In this document: in pieces, positions 27,795 to 36,903 of the stretch
Layout: every line of letters starts with the position of its first letter
Position numbering within the stretch: position 1 is the stretch's first letter
From: an uncultured bacterium
GTDB lineage: Bacteria; Zixibacteria; MSB-5A5; JAABVY01; JAHJOQ01
DNA length: 40,099 nt
Assembly (NCBI GenBank): GCA_965369655.1
Contig: CBDUQR010000027.1
Location: forward strand, 1 to 40,099
Direction: 5' to 3'
The notes under the pieces: generated by a model
Database searches by the model: none
Told to the model about the DNA's origin: nothing
The model's input: the letters and a program-made list of their open reading frames with translations, nothing else
Translations under genes and position numbers: made by a program

Positions 27795-28787
27795 ATGTCG
27801 GACGGTATATGGATATTCGCACAGCAGAAGAGCAACAAGATATCGAGTGTAACATACGAATTGATGAATGCCGGCAGGAAACTGGCCGAGAGCAGATCGG
27901 CTCAACTCACGGCGGTCGTGTTCGGCTCAGGCATCGAGGATCAGGCAGCCGATCTGTACAAGTATGGCGCCGATAAAGTTTTGTATGTCGAAAACGCCGA
28001 TTTCGCCAGCTTTGTCGACGACGCGTATGCGGCTGTGCTGACACACCTGATTGAAGATGGCAAACCGGATGTAGTCATTGGTTCGGCAACATTCTACGGG
28101 AAGACTCTGTTCTCACGACTGGCTGCGCGGTTGCAGACAGGCCTGGCTGCCGACTGCAACGGGCTGGCTATCCGCGATGACGGTTCATTGGTCGCAACCA
28201 AACCGGCGTTTGGCGGTAATGTCTGGCTGTCGGTTGTGTATTCCGAGAAAAGACCACAACTCTTGACACTCAGGCCGAAAGTGATAGCCGAGGTCGAGCG
28301 TGATGAATCGAAAAGCGGTTCGGTCGAGAAGCCCGATATTCCAGCCGAGCTGTTCGAGTCGAAGATCAAAGTCACCGGTAGTTCCGGCGGAGAGGGCGGG
28401 GAGGTCAGCTTAAACGAGGCGGATGTGGTAGTCGCTGGTGGTCGTGGTTTGAAAGCTCCGGAAAATTTTGGCATGATCAAAGACCTCGCCGGGGCGCTCG
28501 GTGGCGCTGTCGGCGCCTCGAGAGCGGTCGTGGATGCCGAATGGATAGAGTATTCGCATCAGGTGGGGCAAACCGGCAAGACAGTCAATCCGAAACTCTA
28601 TATCGCGTGTGGAATTTCTGGAGCGATCCAGCATTTAGTTGGGATGCAGGCATCGGGTACTATAGTCGCGATCAATCGCGATAAAGAAGCGCCGATTTTC
28701 AAGGTCGCGACATACGGGATAATCGGCGATGTATTCGAGATCGTTCCAGCGCTGACAGAGAAATTCAAGAAAGAGCTGTCGGGCTGA
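27795..28787 (+). CDS. etfA: Electron transfer flavoprotein alpha subunit
   Basis: 'GLAADC', 'PAFGGN', 'GGRG', 'VGASRAVVDA', 'QVGQTGKTV', 'GISGAIQHLVGM'. Confidence 0.95.
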   Translation: MSDGIWIFAQQKSNKISSVTYELMNAGRKLAESRSAQLTAVVFGSGIEDQAADLYKYGADKVLYVENADFASFVDDAYAAVLTHLIEDGKPDVVIGSATFYGKTLFSRLAARLQTGLAADCNGLAIRDDGSLVATKPAFGGNVWLSVVYSEKRPQLLTLRPKVIAEVERDESKSGSVEKPDIPAELFESKIKVTGSSGGEGGEVSLNEADVVVAGGRGLKAPENFGMIKDLAGALGGAVGASRAVVDAEWIEYSHQVGQTGKTVNPKLYIACGISGAIQHLVGMQASGTIVAINRDKEAPIFKVATYGIIGDVFEIVPALTEKFKKELSG

Positions 28788-28849
28788 TTCTTTCTTGTGC
28801 TATGAATCTGGCTAGTTGGAAAGGATGAGTATCAGGGGGAAAAGGAACT

Positions 28850-29629
28850 ATGACAGATCAGAGTGAAAAGAAAAGTTGTTTTGTAATTGCACCTATCGGT
28901 CCCGAAGGGAGCGAGATAAGAGAGCGTTCAAACATCGTTCGCGATTATGTCATCAAGCCTGTAGCAGAAGAATGTGGCTATGAAGCAATACGAGCGGACG
29001 AGATAGACGAACCTGGGATGATTACTACGCAGGTAATTCAGCATCTGCTTGACGATGACTTGATTGTCGCTGACCTTACCGGTCATAACCCGAATGTATT
29101 CTACGAACTTGCCGTACGGCACGCTGTCAAGAAGCCAATTGTACAACTAATTCAAGCGGGTGAAGATATCCCATTCGACATCTCGATAATGCGAACTGTG
29201 CAACTCGACATCACTGATCCACGCAGTGTAGATCAATGTAAAAAGACATTGGTTGAGCAGATAAAGAGGACTGAGGCAGAACCCGACAAGCTGACAACAC
29301 CCATTTCTCATGCAATTGACTTGAAACTTCTGGCGGGGAGCGGCGATCCAGCGGATAAAATGAACGCTGAAATAATCTCAATGCTCCAGGACATCAAGAC
29401 ACAGATTTCGAAATTGCAGCTCTCTGTGGCTAAAGATGCTGACAAGAGAGATTTCCTAAGGAGAGACAGAGAGAGGATGACTGCCACTGAAGCCGTATAT
29501 CGGAGGCTAAAAGAGCAAGAGGCTGCTCTTGATAATTTAATAAGAAGTGATAAGACTCAGAAGATCCTTGAAGAAATTAGAAAAGAGTCCAAGGACGATA
29601 TACTGTTAGACGAAGAATCTAGTGATTGA
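28850..29629 (+). CDS. Nucleoside 2-deoxyribosyltransferase-like (TIR/NDT-fold) domain protein with helical C-terminal tail
   Basis: 'CFVIAPIG...RAD...IVADLTGHNPNVFYELAVRHA..KP...IPFDI' pattern; visibly more AT-rich than neighbours. Confidence 0.75.
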   Translation: MTDQSEKKSCFVIAPIGPEGSEIRERSNIVRDYVIKPVAEECGYEAIRADEIDEPGMITTQVIQHLLDDDLIVADLTGHNPNVFYELAVRHAVKKPIVQLIQAGEDIPFDISIMRTVQLDITDPRSVDQCKKTLVEQIKRTEAEPDKLTTPISHAIDLKLLAGSGDPADKMNAEIISMLQDIKTQISKLQLSVAKDADKRDFLRRDRERMTATEAVYRRLKEQEAALDNLIRSDKTQKILEEIRKESKDDILLDEESSD

Positions 29630-29669
29630 TGATTGGCTTTTTGGATGTCGTTCTCTATTTAGCCGGTAA

Positions 29670-29696
29670 CCCACCCAGAGCGCGGCGTCGGGTGGG
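29670..29696. repeat. Hairpin / REP-like palindrome
   Basis: CCCACCC-N13-GGGTGGG downstream of the NDT-like gene. Confidence 0.45.
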
Positions 29697-29814
29697 ACTA
29701 AGACTTGGTGTGTCAACAAGCCTTTAAGATCGGCATCTCTGTAATTATTTCTCTATTGCCTGCACGCCCTGCCGATAGAATCAGAAAGGACTAATTCTAT
29801 CCAGGAGAAATCGC

Positions 29815-30936
29815 ATGGGCATTTTTATGGAAGTGATCGAGTGGGTCGATCTCGACTCGACCGACATGATCCACAGGATACCCGAAGAGGGTTCGCTCGA
29901 CATCAAGCTTGGCGCGCAATGCATAGTCAGGGAAAGCCAAACGGCGGTGTTTTTCTCGAATGGAAGAGCGTGCGATGTGCTCGGTCCCGGCAGGCACACG
30001 CTCTCGACTCTCAACCTTCCGCTTCTGACCAGAATACTGTCGCTGCCATGGGGATTCAAGTCACCGTTTCGTGCTGAAGTCTTTTTCCTGAATCATAAGA
30101 TATTCACGGACCTCAAGTGGGGGACGAGAGACCCTGTCGCGTTCCGCGATGCAGAACTTGGCCTGATAAGGCTTCGCGGTCACGGTGCGTACACATGCCA
30201 GATCAAGGAACCGCTCGTGTTTCTGAATCGCATGGTCGGTCATCAGGCTCTGTACAATACGATGGATATTGAGGATTATCTGCGCGATGTGATTGTTGCT
30301 CGCGTGAATGATTATTTCGGCGAAAACCTGAAGACGATACTCGATCTGCCTGAGAAATACACCGAGATGGCAGACGAGATAAAGAATCTGATCAGTAATG
30401 AGTTCTCCAAGTACGGTCTCGAACTGATTGATTTCTACATAACATCGATCACGCCGCCCGACGAAGTGCAGCGGATGATCGATGAAAAATCAGGAATGCG
30501 CGCCGTAGGCGATCTCGACAATTTCCTCAAGTTCGAGATGGCTAAGGCATTCGGTTCGTCGAATGCAGGAAGCTATGCGGGGGCCGGAGCCGGTCTCGGG
30601 ATGGGTGCAGGTGTTGGACTGATGGCTCCGATGATGATGTCCAAAGCGTTCGCGCCGGGACAGACAGACTTCAAGAATGAGTTGTTGCCGACGGTGACAT
30701 GTTCTGAATGTGGCGCAGACACGCCGGAAGAATCGAGATTCTGCTACAAGTGCGGTCACCAGATTATCTGTGTCAACAGATGCGGCAACTGCTCGGCAGA
30801 ACTGCCCGCCGACGCCGTGTTTTGTTTGCAGTGCGGTCACAAGTTGACCGACTCACTCGTGTGCCCCGAATGCGAACAGAAGTTGCCGAAAGGCACGAAG
30901 TTCTGTTTCAACTGCGGCGAGAAACTTGGTGAATGA
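29815..30936 (+). CDS. SPFH/band-7 (YdjI-like) protein with C-terminal double zinc ribbons
   Basis: 'VRESQTAVF...GPGRHTLSTLNLP', 'KWGT..P', Gly-rich linker, six CxxC motifs at the C-terminus; SD AGGAG. Confidence 0.85.
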   Translation: MGIFMEVIEWVDLDSTDMIHRIPEEGSLDIKLGAQCIVRESQTAVFFSNGRACDVLGPGRHTLSTLNLPLLTRILSLPWGFKSPFRAEVFFLNHKIFTDLKWGTRDPVAFRDAELGLIRLRGHGAYTCQIKEPLVFLNRMVGHQALYNTMDIEDYLRDVIVARVNDYFGENLKTILDLPEKYTEMADEIKNLISNEFSKYGLELIDFYITSITPPDEVQRMIDEKSGMRAVGDLDNFLKFEMAKAFGSSNAGSYAGAGAGLGMGAGVGLMAPMMMSKAFAPGQTDFKNELLPTVTCSECGADTPEESRFCYKCGHQIICVNRCGNCSAELPADAVFCLQCGHKLTDSLVCPECEQKLPKGTKFCFNCGEKLGE

Positions 30937-32336
30937 TATTTCGATCCAACTACAGGCTCGGGATCACATGCTGCTTCTGCGGCGGTAGTATCGATGTCGA
31001 TGAGGCCAGCCGCACAACACTCTGCCGTCACTGCGGATCGGTGCTCAGAATCGAGCGGCGGTCCTCCACGCAGGTCTATTACGTCGCGGACAGCCTGAAA
31101 CGACGCGAGATCAGGTTTCTCGTGGATCGGCGTCTCAAAGACAATGGCGAACCGCTATCATCCGGATGGGGCGAGACCCGGCGTGTGTTTATACCGTACT
31201 GGAGAGTGCGCGGAACATGTATATCGGTGAGAGAAAAAACTCGGGGGATGTCGATTGTCGAAGTGAACGAATTTGGTGAAAGTGCGTCTGACGAAGTTTC
31301 ACAGACTCAGGTCAAGATCAGCCCTAAGGAGATTACTATCTGTGCAGACGACACTCGGGAATGGGGGCTCGAAAGTCTCGGCATCAGGAGCCAGGTGCTC
31401 AGGCTCATTCCGGCGACCCGAATGTTTCGTGACGAGAACCATCTGCTGCCGACCACGGTTTCACTCGATGACGCAAAAGAGAGACTCCACGACGCAGCAA
31501 AGAGTATTTCTCTGGCGGTCTCGGCCTCCGGTTCGAACATTGTCGATTCTATCGTCGGCACTGAGGTCGCGCTGATTTATTTTCCGCTCTGGATCGCTCA
31601 GTTTTCGAGCGGCGCAGGACAATTCACCGTGCAGTTTGATCCGTTCGCAAAGAGGGTAGTCTCGCTGACAGAAGGTGATTTCGACATCCCAGCGTCAGGA
31701 AGCGGAGATGATATCGGCAATGACTCCGTGAGCGTTCTTCCGCACAGATGTCCCAACTGCGGGGTTGATTTGCCCGCTGGCGAGATGTCATGCGCGCATT
31801 ATTGCAGCAACTGCAGGCGACTCTATTCTGATGGCGGAAGCGGTTACAGACATGTCGAACTGAACATCCCAAGAGAATGCGCTGCCGACCAGAAGCTGCT
31901 CCCGTTCTGGGTTTTCGACATAGTCGGTAGTTCGTGGCCCGACAAAAGTTCGTTTTTGCAGGCTCTCAAACTGCTGCGGTTCCGCGACGATCTGATCATA
32001 ATTCCCGCATTTTGCATATCTAATCCTTCGAAATTGCTCAGGCTCGTGACGTACTACAACAGACGACGCGATCATTTTGCGTTTGAAAACCGGCTGCCAT
32101 CGAGTTATACTTTCGTCGATGTCATGATGCAATCGGAACAGGCAGCGTCGATGATCGCCCCGCTGTTCAGCGCGATCAAGTCGATGGAGGGCTACAGGAT
32201 ATACGAAGGACAGATCAACGAAGCTCCGGAGTTCACAGAGCCTGAGTTGGTCTGGCTGCCTTTCGCGCTCGATCGGTATTTCTGGAGAGAGCAGATCACC
32301 GGCGCTTCAATCGAAAAGGCCGCAGTCAGAATTTGA
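30933..32336 (+). CDS. Zinc-ribbon protein with apparent internal duplication (YdjG-like)
   Basis: Two CxxC...CxxC ribbons, each followed by PYW/PFW and FPLW/WLPF motifs; ATGA overlap with the SPFH gene. Confidence 0.65.
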   Translation: MIFRSNYRLGITCCFCGGSIDVDEASRTTLCRHCGSVLRIERRSSTQVYYVADSLKRREIRFLVDRRLKDNGEPLSSGWGETRRVFIPYWRVRGTCISVREKTRGMSIVEVNEFGESASDEVSQTQVKISPKEITICADDTREWGLESLGIRSQVLRLIPATRMFRDENHLLPTTVSLDDAKERLHDAAKSISLAVSASGSNIVDSIVGTEVALIYFPLWIAQFSSGAGQFTVQFDPFAKRVVSLTEGDFDIPASGSGDDIGNDSVSVLPHRCPNCGVDLPAGEMSCAHYCSNCRRLYSDGGSGYRHVELNIPRECAADQKLLPFWVFDIVGSSWPDKSSFLQALKLLRFRDDLIIIPAFCISNPSKLLRLVTYYNRRRDHFAFENRLPSSYTFVDVMMQSEQAASMIAPLFSAIKSMEGYRIYEGQINEAPEFTEPELVWLPFALDRYFWREQITGASIEKAAVRI

Positions 32337-33256
32337 GAACATTAGCAGCAATCGATGTCGGGTCAAACTCGATTCTCCTGCTGATCGCCAAGGCAGGTCC
32401 GAGAGGGTCGATTGTCGCGCTTCATCAGGATCGAGAAACGCCGCGTCTCTCAGCCGGTCTGGCGCAGACGGGCAGGATCAGCGCCTCATCGAGAGACAAT
32501 CTCATCAGAGTTCTCAGGAAGTTCGCGAAAGCGTGCGACTCGCTTAACGCAGACCTTGTTCTATGCTATGGAACATCGGCGTTGCGGGAAGCCTCCAATG
32601 CGAAAGAAGTCATCGAATCTGTCGAACGTGCGACCAGCATCAGGATTCGAGTGATATCGGGAAGCAGGGAGGCAGCGCTGACGTATCTTGCGGCGGTGAC
32701 CGGCATGCCGAGATTGAAAAGTAATCGTGTAATGATAGACGCTGGCGGCAGTTCGACTGAAATTGTGATCGCGAAAAATAATCGGATTATCAGCGCGGAA
32801 AGTTTCAGGATCGGAGCAGTTCAGTTGACAGAGATGTATCGGACTAATCGAAAGCAGCGTCTGGCGAAGCTCGATTCGATCAGTTCGGAGCTTCGATTGC
32901 TGAAGCTGCCGCACGGCCCAATTGTGCCTTCGATGATTCTCTCCGGCGGTACGCCGACAACAATTCAGGCGTTCCGGCTCGGCTTGCGCGAATATGATCA
33001 TTCGCGGGTTCACGGCGCGTCGGTACGGTTCGGTGAGTACAAAAGGCTGGTGTTCAAGCTCGGGATGATGCCGATTCGCGACAGGATGCGAGCAATCTCG
33101 TTCGATCCGAAACGTGCGGATGTCATTGTTGCCGGGGGACTTCTAACCGTTGCTATGATGGAACACTACGGCGCTGAAATAGTAAGAATATCAGACCGGA
33201 GTCTCAGGCACGGCATGATTCTGGAGCAACTCGGACACAGGATTGAATTTGCTTGA
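32333..33256 (+). CDS. ppx: Ppx/GppA family phosphatase (short form)
   Basis: 'AIDVGSNS', 'GTSALREA', 'DAGGSSTE', 'RADVIVAG', 'LRHG'; TTG start overlapping the previous stop. Confidence 0.85.
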   Translation: MRTLAAIDVGSNSILLLIAKAGPRGSIVALHQDRETPRLSAGLAQTGRISASSRDNLIRVLRKFAKACDSLNADLVLCYGTSALREASNAKEVIESVERATSIRIRVISGSREAALTYLAAVTGMPRLKSNRVMIDAGGSSTEIVIAKNNRIISAESFRIGAVQLTEMYRTNRKQRLAKLDSISSELRLLKLPHGPIVPSMILSGGTPTTIQAFRLGLREYDHSRVHGASVRFGEYKRLVFKLGMMPIRDRMRAISFDPKRADVIVAGGLLTVAMMEHYGAEIVRISDRSLRHGMILEQLGHRIEFA

Positions 33257-33280
33257 CAACATTCATGCCGACAATATATT
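33253..33280 (+). promoter_or_regulatory. Putative sigma70-type promoter
   Basis: TTGACA-N16-TATATT upstream of the beta-propeller gene. Confidence 0.6.
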
Positions 33281-33367
33281 GCTCCGGATTGGAGGTGAGC
33301 GGCAAGTCTAAGATACTGTGTGATTTACTATTTGATGGGAATCGAATTGAGGAACTTGTTCACTCGC

Positions 33368-35881
33368 ATGAATGACCGCACCGCGTCCCGCGGCGGTCTT
33401 TGCTTTTTCAGGCCGATTGTGATTCGACTGTTCACGGGTTTGCTGATCGCAATCCTGATGTCAGGTTCCGCGTTCGCGGGCTGGATGACCTACAACCTCG
33501 GCGAACCAATCACCAAACTCAAAGATAATACGGCTGTGGATATTATCTATGGCGATGGCTATATCTGGCTTGCGACGACACGTGGAATCTCCGGAACATC
33601 GGATGGCGGACAGACCTGGATCACGTATGACGCTTCCAACGACCTGAACTCCTCGGATATTTCTGCTGTCGCATTTTCGCACGGGGCGCTCTGGGTTGGC
33701 GTTGCGCATACGGAAGTCCTGGACGGACAGGTATTTCAGTTCGGGGATGGATTCAATCTCACGACCGACCTGGGTGCCAACTGGGAGTCGTTCGAGCCTG
33801 ACCAGGCCTCGTCCCCGCAGATGCTGCCTTTTGATATTGCAATTGTAGATCAATCCGACTGGTCATTCTCGGCTGTCTATGCTGCCTGTTTCGCTGGCGG
33901 TCTCATCAGGACAACTGACGGCGGTCAGTTATGGCAGAATATTTACGCGAGTGCTGATGACAGCATCGATTTCGTGGACCAGATATTCAAACGCAGGACT
34001 AATCTTTACTATTCTGTCGTCGTCGACACGATTGGTGAGGACACGCTGACAGTCTGGGCAGGCAGCGCGGCTGGCATTCACAAGTACACTTACATTGATG
34101 AGAGGATCAAGCTCGCCGGCATGAAGACGTTCGATATCGCTTTCGACGGCGAAGCTGTCTGGCTTGCAGTCGACGGCGGCATATCGCGTGGCGTTGCGAA
34201 AACCGATGCAATCACATATCAGTTCTGGTCCTGGGACGAGGACGACGGCCTCTTGTCAAGTACTTTCACGGCGGTGGAGGCTGACTCTACGCTTGTTATC
34301 GCGGCGGCATTCGACGCCAGTCTCGATGAATCCGCCGGTTTCAATATCACATACGACAGCGGCGAAAGCTGGATTGCTGTTACGCCGGTGCAGGCGGTCG
34401 GACCCGGCAAGATAGTCAGGGAAATTGTCAAGCATGGCGACGCGATCTTTGCGGCGTGTTCTCGCGGTGGACTGATCAAATCAATCGACGACGGGCAGAC
34501 ATGGGAATCGATTATCCCGATTCCGGGCGAGACATCTCCCGACGAGCCGTTCAATCGATTCAATTCGCTGCATATCCGCGACCTTGGAGGAGACAGCATC
34601 GATCTGTGGGCGGGGAGCGATTCCGGCATTTTCGTGTTCACGATGGAGTCGGACACGTCGGAACCAGATCAGATTCGACATATCCCGTTCGCGGACAGCG
34701 ACACCACAGGGCAACGTATCGAAGCGATATTCGTTCGAGATTATCTTCTCGGCGATGAGACTGTGGAAGAGCAGGTTTGGGTCGCGACGCATCCGCTCGA
34801 TGAGGATGCTGGCATTTATCAGGTTGTCCGTTCGACCGACTACGGCCTGAGTTGGACACGACCACTGCAGCCCGCGAAGGCGTATGATTTCGACGTGTAC
34901 GTCGGTCTCCTGTGGGTATCGTCGGAAGCGGGGATGCTCAGGACCGCTGGCCCCGGTGTTGAATCAACGGAGTTCAGCCTGATTCCATTTCCGACTGTCG
35001 ATTCGGCGATGCAGCGAATCGAGACGACAGATGTAGATATGTGGGTGTCGAGCAGGGATGTCTCTGCGAGAACGAGAAACGGCGTTTTTTGGAGACTCGA
35101 ACGAGTCAACGAGGATCCGCTGAAATACGATTTCCATAATCTGTACGACACACTTGACAATCTGGCTGGCGACTGGGTCACCGCACTCGGCATCCAGTAT
35201 GACGATGACAGGTCGATAGTCTGGGCCTCTACTCGTAAGACAGAGGGCGGGCGCGACGGAGTCACCTTCACACGCGACGACGGCAAAGAATGGCAGCAGG
35301 TGCCGGATACGATCAGAGCATGGAATTTCGCGTTCGATGATGGCGACGTCTACATCGCTGCGACCGAGGGACTATTCAAACGACCGGAGGATGATCCGGT
35401 GCTCGAGAAGCTCGAGTTTCTCCAGACCGGTAATCCACGCCGAAGAATCGCACCGAATGCCGAGTTTTTCAGCGTCAGGGTAGTCGATGATGTTCTCTGG
35501 GCAGGATCGAACGATGGCATCGTTGTCGATACAATCCGAGGATCAACGGAAATACTCAGGGAATTCAGCAATGCAGAATTACCATACGCTTCGCCTGTTC
35601 CGGCTTCTCCGACGAGAGGTCTTCAGTTCCTCAGGTTCCATTATGAACTGCTTGAATCGGATTATATTACGATCAAAGTGTACGACTTCGCGATGAACCT
35701 GGTGAAGACGGTTGTCGACAACGAATTCAGATTACCGAGAGAGGCCGCAGATCAGGATGATGACGATTCATGGGATATGAGAAACGGCGACGGCGAGATT
35801 GTTGCTGCCGGTGTGTATTTCTTTGTGATCGAGAGATCATCGGGAGAGACCGAATGGGGCAAACTCATGGTCCTGCCATGA
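33368..35881 (+). CDS. Secreted BNR/Asp-box beta-propeller protein with C-terminal FlgD-Ig/CTD-like domain (PorZ-like architecture)
   Basis: Signal peptide ending AFA; repeated Asp-boxes (SDGGQTW, TDLGANW, TDGGQLW, DSGESW, DDGQTW, DYGLSW, DDGKEW); C-terminal 'IKVYDFAMNLVK...WDMRNGDGEIVAAGVYF...GKLMVLP'. Start uncertain (33320-33368). Confidence 0.75.
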   Translation: MNDRTASRGGLCFFRPIVIRLFTGLLIAILMSGSAFAGWMTYNLGEPITKLKDNTAVDIIYGDGYIWLATTRGISGTSDGGQTWITYDASNDLNSSDISAVAFSHGALWVGVAHTEVLDGQVFQFGDGFNLTTDLGANWESFEPDQASSPQMLPFDIAIVDQSDWSFSAVYAACFAGGLIRTTDGGQLWQNIYASADDSIDFVDQIFKRRTNLYYSVVVDTIGEDTLTVWAGSAAGIHKYTYIDERIKLAGMKTFDIAFDGEAVWLAVDGGISRGVAKTDAITYQFWSWDEDDGLLSSTFTAVEADSTLVIAAAFDASLDESAGFNITYDSGESWIAVTPVQAVGPGKIVREIVKHGDAIFAACSRGGLIKSIDDGQTWESIIPIPGETSPDEPFNRFNSLHIRDLGGDSIDLWAGSDSGIFVFTMESDTSEPDQIRHIPFADSDTTGQRIEAIFVRDYLLGDETVEEQVWVATHPLDEDAGIYQVVRSTDYGLSWTRPLQPAKAYDFDVYVGLLWVSSEAGMLRTAGPGVESTEFSLIPFPTVDSAMQRIETTDVDMWVSSRDVSARTRNGVFWRLERVNEDPLKYDFHNLYDTLDNLAGDWVTALGIQYDDDRSIVWASTRKTEGGRDGVTFTRDDGKEWQQVPDTIRAWNFAFDDGDVYIAATEGLFKRPEDDPVLEKLEFLQTGNPRRRIAPNAEFFSVRVVDDVLWAGSNDGIVVDTIRGSTEILREFSNAELPYASPVPASPTRGLQFLRFHYELLESDYITIKVYDFAMNLVKTVVDNEFRLPREAADQDDDDSWDMRNGDGEIVAAGVYFFVIERSSGETEWGKLMVLP

Positions 35882-35897
35882 TAAAGGTACGCTGTCA

Positions 35898-36863
35898 ATG
35901 AGAACCATTTGCCTGATAGCTTTAAGTCTCATGCTCCTTGCAGCAGGCGCTGTCGCGGAGTCGGAGAGTGGCGGCCATGCCGGAGCGTTCCTGCAGCTTG
36001 GACTCTCTGCCCGTGCGACTGCGATGGGACAGGCATATTTTGCTGTATCCGATGACGCCGTCTCTGTCTTTTATAATCCGGCGGGCGCTCCGCATGTATT
36101 GAAAAAGGAAGTGGGGTTCTCGTATCGTGTGATGGACCTCGACCGCAAGCTCGGTTATATTTCGGTCATCCTTCCGGTCAGGAACGAAGCAACGATTTCT
36201 GTCGGGTGGATATTCGCCGGTGTAAACGGTCTTGTCGAAAGGAACAGCCTCGGGGAAATCGGTGACGATCTCGACTATTCTGAAAACGCGTTGTCGCTCA
36301 GTTTTGCGCGACGATTCTCGAAATATATCTCTGTCGGCGGCACCGGCAGATACTACATGTCGAAGCTGGCGAATGTTACAACCAGCACCATTGGGATTGA
36401 CCTGGGAGTCTATTGCAAGCTGGAGCCGGATATCGGTCTTGGCCCGTCGTCTCCAATCGATATGCTCCGGTTTGGTCTGGTGGTCGGCAATCTCGGCGCC
36501 AAGTATATCTGGACTACCGGTGACTACTGGGGCCAGTTTGGCGAGCAGGGAGACTCGCGAACCGATGATTTCCCGCTATTGACTGGTGGCGGAGTGTCTG
36601 TGCTCACTTTTGATCAGAGGCTGCTGGTCGCAGTGGATGTCCGAAAATACCAGTGGCATGATCTGCGGCTGCATGGCGGCGTGGAGTATGCTCCGCATGA
36701 AGTCCTCAGGCTGCGGGCGGGTCTTGATGATTTCAATCCGACATTCGGCGGCGGCGTTCGCAGGAAACTCGAATCTTTTGAGCTTGCGATTGACTACGGT
36801 TTTTCGGCGTCGAAGGCGGGAGAGCGCTCCGATCATATTTTCTCGTTAGGCCTGCTGTTCTGA
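35898..36863 (+). CDS. PorV/PorQ family outer-membrane beta-barrel
   Basis: Signal peptide; 'AFLQLGLSARATAMGQAYFAVSDD...FYNPAG'; amphipathic strands; terminal Phe. Confidence 0.8.
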   Translation: MRTICLIALSLMLLAAGAVAESESGGHAGAFLQLGLSARATAMGQAYFAVSDDAVSVFYNPAGAPHVLKKEVGFSYRVMDLDRKLGYISVILPVRNEATISVGWIFAGVNGLVERNSLGEIGDDLDYSENALSLSFARRFSKYISVGGTGRYYMSKLANVTTSTIGIDLGVYCKLEPDIGLGPSSPIDMLRFGLVVGNLGAKYIWTTGDYWGQFGEQGDSRTDDFPLLTGGGVSVLTFDQRLLVAVDVRKYQWHDLRLHGGVEYAPHEVLRLRAGLDDFNPTFGGGVRRKLESFELAIDYGFSASKAGERSDHIFSLGLLF

Positions 36864-36903
36864 TTGCCGATACTTGAAAACCGGCATATTGAAGGGTGTA
36901 TCG

